DNA of 64,000 nucleotides from Rhodanobacter sp. (GTDB taxonomy: Bacteria > Pseudomonadota > Gammaproteobacteria > Xanthomonadales > Rhodanobacteraceae): positions 1,168-65,167 of the forward strand of contig DZCM01000001.1 of the NCBI GenBank assembly GCA_022730295.1, read 5' to 3'. The position numbers were made by a program, and so were the translations under genes. The first letter of the stretch is position 1. Every line of letters starts with the position of its first letter. Shown piece by piece: positions 59,831-64,000 of the stretch. The notes under the pieces were generated by a model. That model was not told where the DNA came from and made no database searches. It was given only the letters and a program-made list of their open reading frames with translations.

Positions 59831-60781
59831 TCAGGTGAAGCGATCGGCGAAGCCGTCAGTCGCCGCGATGAGTTTGTCGACGATGGCCGGTTCGGATGCC
59901 GCGTGTCCGGCGACGACCACGTGGTAGCCGGCTTCCGGCCACGCTGCGTGCAGCTCAAACGCGCTCTGGGCCGGACAGATGATGTCGTAACGGCCCTGCA
60001 CGATCACCGCCGGGAGGTGGCGGATCTTGCCGATGTCGCGCAACAGCTGGCCGGGTTCCAGAAAGCAGTCGTGGCGAAAGTAATGCGCTTCCAGCCGCGC
60101 GAGGCTCACCGCAACTTCCGGCGAACTGAATTCGGCTTCGGTCTCGGGCGATTCTTCCAACGTGAGCGCGCTGCCTTCCCATGCACCCCATGCACGCGCG
60201 GCTTCAACCCGCACGACTTCATCATCCGAGGTCAGCCGCTGCCAGTACGCGTCCACGATGTTGCCGCGCTCCGCCGGCGGGATGGCGGCTACGAAGCGTA
60301 GCCAGTTCTCGGGCCGGATCCGGCCTGCACCGCCTTCCTCGTACAGCCACATGGTTTCCCATCGGCGCGCAAGGTAGATGCCGCGCAACACCAGACCAAG
60401 CACACATTCAGGGTGCGTTTGCGCATAGGCGAGCGCCAGTGTCGATCCCCATGACCCGCCGAACACCAGCCAGCGCTCGATGCCGAGGTGTGCGCGAATT
60501 TTTTCAATGTCGGCGATGAGATCTTGCGTGGTGTTGTCGACGAGATCGGCGAAGGGCGTCGACTTGCCGGCGCCACGCTGGTCGAACAGCACGATCCGCC
60601 AACGCGCCGGGTCGAAGAACCGGCGGTGATACAGCGACAATCCCGCACCGGGACCGCCGTGCAGGAACACTACCGGCAAACCATCCGGGTTGCCGCATTC
60701 CTCGACGTACAAGGTGTGGCGATCGCTGACCGGAAACATCCCGCTGCGATACGGTTCGATTTCGGGGTACAGCTCGCGCAT
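59831..60781 (-). CDS. pip: Proline iminopeptidase
   Basis: LYPEIEPY, HGGPG, GGSWGS, GRYD, AGH. Confidence 0.95.
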   Translation of the reverse strand: MRELYPEIEPYRSGMFPVSDRHTLYVEECGNPDGLPVVFLHGGPGAGLSLYHRRFFDPARWRIVLFDQRGAGKSTPFADLVDNTTQDLIADIEKIRAHLGIERWLVFGGSWGSTLALAYAQTHPECVLGLVLRGIYLARRWETMWLYEEGGAGRIRPENWLRFVAAIPPAERGNIVDAYWQRLTSDDEVVRVEAARAWGAWEGSALTLEESPETEAEFSSPEVAVSLARLEAHYFRHDCFLEPGQLLRDIGKIRHLPAVIVQGRYDIICPAQSAFELHAAWPEAGYHVVVAGHAASEPAIVDKLIAATDGFADRFT

Positions 60782-60793
60782 GTCACCGGCTCC

Positions 60794-61447
60794 TTATCCG
60801 GGTTTGGTTGCTGCGCGCAGGTTGCGGGCTTGCCAACGCCCAAGGCCGACCAGAACGAACGCCACGATCACGAACGCTGCCAGCAGGCCGCAGGCATTCA
60901 CCGCCACGCGTGGGTAACCGAGGGTGGTGACGTCGACGAACGGATACGGGTACCAGCCGTCAACCGCGCCGCGCACGACCGCATACACGGCATATGCGAC
61001 CGGATACGGCAGGCACATCAACACGTGGCGAAAGCGCAGCGTGGCCTTGGGCACCGCGAACCACCAGTGCAGCACGAACAACAACGGCATCACCGTGTGC
61101 AGCAACTGATCTGCCAGCCATTGCCAGCCTTGCGGTTGCCACAGGTTGCGCAACAGCAGGTGATAGACGACGGCCACGATCATGATGGCAACGGCCACGG
61201 CCGTTTGCGCATCCACCCGGCGCAGGAACTTCGTCACGGCGCCATGCGCGCCGAGCGCCCACGCGACCAGCGCCAGCACCACCAGCAGGTTGCTGAGGAT
61301 GGTGAAGTAGCCGACGTAGCGCCACAGCGCCTGAGTGGAAGTCAGGCCGGGCGCGGGCGCAGCGCGCAGGCTGAGCCATAGTTGCAGCAGCAACCCAAAC
61401 GCCCCGAGCGCGGCGCAGGCGGCGGCGAACAGCCGTTGCTTCGGCAT
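60794..61447 (-). CDS. Pr6Pr / FAR-17a-AIG1-like membrane protein
   Basis: YFTILSN, LLHTVMP, YPYPF. Confidence 0.82.
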   Translation of the reverse strand: MPKQRLFAAACAALGAFGLLLQLWLSLRAAPAPGLTSTQALWRYVGYFTILSNLLVVLALVAWALGAHGAVTKFLRRVDAQTAVAVAIMIVAVVYHLLLRNLWQPQGWQWLADQLLHTVMPLLFVLHWWFAVPKATLRFRHVLMCLPYPVAYAVYAVVRGAVDGWYPYPFVDVTTLGYPRVAVNACGLLAAFVIVAFVLVGLGRWQARNLRAATKPG

Positions 61448-61451
61448 GCGA

Positions 61452-62213
61452 TCAGACCTTGTAGCCGCGATGGATCGCGACGATGCCAGCGGAGAGATTG
61501 CGCACCGCGACGTTGCGGAAACCCGCCGCTTCCAGCATGGCCTTCAGCGTGGCCTGGTCGGGGTGTTTGCGGATCGACTCGGCGAGGTAGCGGTAGCTGG
61601 TTTCATCGTGCGCGACCAGCTTGCCGACGCGCGGCAGCACCTGGAATGAATGAAAATCGTACAGCGGCTTCAGCCACTCCTGGTTGACGCGCGAAAACTC
61701 GAGGATCAGCGCGCGTCCGCCGGGCTTCAACACCCGCTGCATTTCGCGCAGCGCCTGCTCCTTGTCGGTGACGTTACGCAGGCCGAAGGCGATGGTGACT
61801 GCGTCGAATGACGCCTCCGGGAACGGCAAGGCTTCGGCGTTCACCTGCGCCCAACGCAAGCCTTGCAGCAAGCCGCGGTCGAGCAGGCGATCACGCCCCG
61901 CTTGCAGCATCGCCGCGTTGATGTCAGCGATCACCACTTCGCCGGTCGCTCCCACGCGCGGCAGCAGCAACGCCGCGATGTCGCCGGTGCCACCGGCAAG
62001 GTCGAGCACACGGTCTCCTTTGCGGATGCCGGACGTGGCCACGAAATGGCGCTTCCACAATCGATGCACGCCGAACGACATGAGGTCGTTCATCACATCG
62101 TACTTGCCGGCGACCGACGAGAACACTTCGCCGACCAGTTTCTGCTTGTCAGCGACGGGGACTTCGCGGTAACCGAAGTGGGTGGTGGTGCCGGGAATGG
62201 GTGATTCACTCAT
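61452..62213 (-). CDS. ubiE: Ubiquinone/menaquinone C-methyltransferase UbiE
   Basis: [34 protein letters not shown]. Confidence 0.97.
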   Translation of the reverse strand: MSESPIPGTTTHFGYREVPVADKQKLVGEVFSSVAGKYDVMNDLMSFGVHRLWKRHFVATSGIRKGDRVLDLAGGTGDIAALLLPRVGATGEVVIADINAAMLQAGRDRLLDRGLLQGLRWAQVNAEALPFPEASFDAVTIAFGLRNVTDKEQALREMQRVLKPGGRALILEFSRVNQEWLKPLYDFHSFQVLPRVGKLVAHDETSYRYLAESIRKHPDQATLKAMLEAAGFRNVAVRNLSAGIVAIHRGYKV

Positions 62214-62293
62214 GTGGGCATGGTAGCGCAGGAGAGCTTCCGGGCAGGCGCGAACGCCGCAGGCGTGGGAGGATGGGCTTGTGAACGGCAAAA

Positions 62294-62379
62294 GCCATCC
62301 CCCTTCGCAGGCGCAGGGGGATGGCCAGATCACCCCCTTCGGAACGAAGGGGGTCGCGCCGCAGGCGCGGGGGGATGCC
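62294..62379. repeat. Palindromic REP-like doublet, same family as 2734-2839
   Basis: gccatccccc...gggggatggc, then tcacccccttcg-gaa-cgaagggggt cgcgcc-gca-ggcgcg gggggatgc. Confidence 0.85.
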
Positions 62380-62381
62380 GT

Positions 62382-64000
62382 TTACTGCACCGGGTTGCCG
62401 TCGGCATCGATCACGTGCACCTCGCCGAGTTTCAAGGTGCGCACCGGTTGCTCGATCTTCGCAAGGTCACCCACGATCACCCAGGTCAAGTGATCCGGAT
62501 GGATCACTTCCTTCGCGGCAGCGTTGATGCCGGCGTCCTTCTGTGCCTCGATCCGGCCCTTCAACGTCTGCACGTAGTCGTCGGGACGAGCGTATTTGAC
62601 GATGCCCTCGACCGCGCCCAGCACGGCTCGCGCGGTTTCATATTGACCCGGCATCTTGCGGATGTCGTTGTCCTTGATCTTGGCGATCTCCTGGCCGGTG
62701 ATCGGCTTGTCGCCGATCACGGCGCGGGCTTCCTTCAGCATCTCCGCGGCTGACGGCGCGGTCTTGTCGGTCTGTACCGGCGCATACATCAGGAACGGCC
62801 GCTGGCCGATCGCGCCGGGACTGAAACTGAAGGCACCGTAGGCCCAATGCTTGTCCTCGCGCAGGTTCATGTTGAGACGCGAGGTAAAGGTGCCGCCGAA
62901 CGCGCCGTTCATGCTGCCGATCTCGAGATTGTTCGGCGCCTTGGTCGAGGGTGAAACCAGACCCGCGATGATCACCGATTGCTGCGCGCCCGGACGATTG
63001 ATCAGGTACACGCGCGACTTGGCCGGGTAATCCACCTTGGCGAGGTTCTTGGCCGGGATCGGTGTCGCTGGTGCTTGCCAATCACCGAACACCTGTTCCA
63101 GCTGCGGGATGATCGCCGCCAGCGTGGTGTCGCCCGCGATGAGGATCTTCATGTTGTCGGGGCGGATGTAGTCGTGCGCGAATGCGTGCATGTCATCCGT
63201 CGTCACGGACTTGATCGACGCCTCGGTGCCCGAACCCGTGAACGGAATGGCGTAGGCATTGCCCTTGCCATACAGGATCGGCGGCAGCAGACGCAATGCG
63301 ACCGCCGTCGGCTGTGTCTTTTCCTGCGCGATGCCGGCCAGCCATTGCCCGCGCAAGCGTGAGACGTCAGCGTCGCGGAACGCGGGGTTGCGCACGATGC
63401 CGGCGTACAACGCCAGCGAGTCGGCGAGTTTCGAATCGAGCGCACGCATCGATGCGTTGCAGGTGTCGAGGTCGCATCCGGTCGCAATCTCGGCACCGAG
63501 CCGCTGCTTGCGCTTGGCGATCTCGACCGAATCGAGATCCTTGGTGCCTTCATCCAGCATCGCCATGGTGAAACTGGAGGTGCCGAGCTTCTTGCCTGCG
63601 TCGGCCGCGTAGCCCGCGTTGAACAGCGCCTCGACATGCACCGCCGGGATCGAATGGCGCTCGGCGAGCACCACTTCAATGCCGTTCTTGAGCTTGCCGT
63701 GCTGCAGTTTCGGGAAGGCAAGGTCCGGGAACGCGCTGACTGCCGGTACACCCTTGCTGCGATCCACATCGCTCTGCGTGACCTCGTAGTCACCAGTGGG
63801 CGACAGCTTGTCGGCAGGACGACCCGGAATCGCGGCACGGCCGGCAATGTCCGCAGCGTCCTTCGCCTCAACCTTGCCCGGTACCACGGTGAGCGTGTAA
63901 TCGCCCTTGGACAACCACTGGTCCGCGGCCGCCTTCACCGCGGCAGGCGTCGCGGCCATGGTGACGCCGTAATCCTTCTTCCATGCGCCGGGATCATCGC
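62382..64000 (-). CDS. M16 (pitrilysin-like) zinc peptidase, C-terminal part; gene continues beyond the window
   Basis: LKNGIEVVL, MLDEGT, SRLNMNLREDKHWAYG. Confidence 0.88.
   Translation of the reverse strand, partial: DDPGAWKKDYGVTMAATPAAVKAAADQWLSKGDYTLTVVPGKVEAKDAADIAGRAAIPGRPADKLSPTGDYEVTQSDVDRSKGVPAVSAFPDLAFPKLQHGKLKNGIEVVLAERHSIPAVHVEALFNAGYAADAGKKLGTSSFTMAMLDEGTKDLDSVEIAKRKQRLGAEIATGCDLDTCNASMRALDSKLADSLALYAGIVRNPAFRDADVSRLRGQWLAGIAQEKTQPTAVALRLLPPILYGKGNAYAIPFTGSGTEASIKSVTTDDMHAFAHDYIRPDNMKILIAGDTTLAAIIPQLEQVFGDWQAPATPIPAKNLAKVDYPAKSRVYLINRPGAQQSVIIAGLVSPSTKAPNNLEIGSMNGAFGGTFTSRLNMNLREDKHWAYGAFSFSPGAIGQRPFLMYAPVQTDKTAPSAAEMLKEARAVIGDKPITGQEIAKIKDNDIRKMPGQYETARAVLGAVEGIVKYARPDDYVQTLKGRIEAQKDAGINAAAKEVIHPDHLTWVIVGDLAKIEQPVRTLKLGEVHVIDADGNPVQ

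Overview
High-GC chromosomal backbone that looks like Xanthomonadales (probably Rhodanobacteraceae; inferred from gene order and protein style). About 58 mostly housekeeping CDSs: hrpB, thiC with a TPP riboswitch, tetR/pcm/tolC/waaA, nudC/erpA/rppH/bfd/bfr, a hybrid kinase with a degenerate GGDEF-EAL regulator, glnA and ntrBC, speE/speA, argS, radC/coaC/coaB/dut/PMM, ttcA/rdgC, pip and ubiE. I saw no tRNA, rRNA, CRISPR array, transposase or integrase. The unusual signals are small-scale. (1) Several families of palindromic REP/MITE-like elements, many with GNA-triloop hairpins and one family showing compensatory covariation between copies, have been absorbed into proteins: a 126-bp in-frame insert in HrpB, the C-terminus and stop codon of an M28 peptidase, and probably the TtcA tail. 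(2) A PD-(D/E)xK + DUF2075 helicase gene and alkB sit between glnA and ntrB. (3) An AT-rich DnaA-box cluster between argS and radC resembles datA/DARS. (4) At least seven genes have a leaderless TANNNT-N6-ATG start. (5) coaBC is split. Product calls come from recognised motifs only; no database searches were run.
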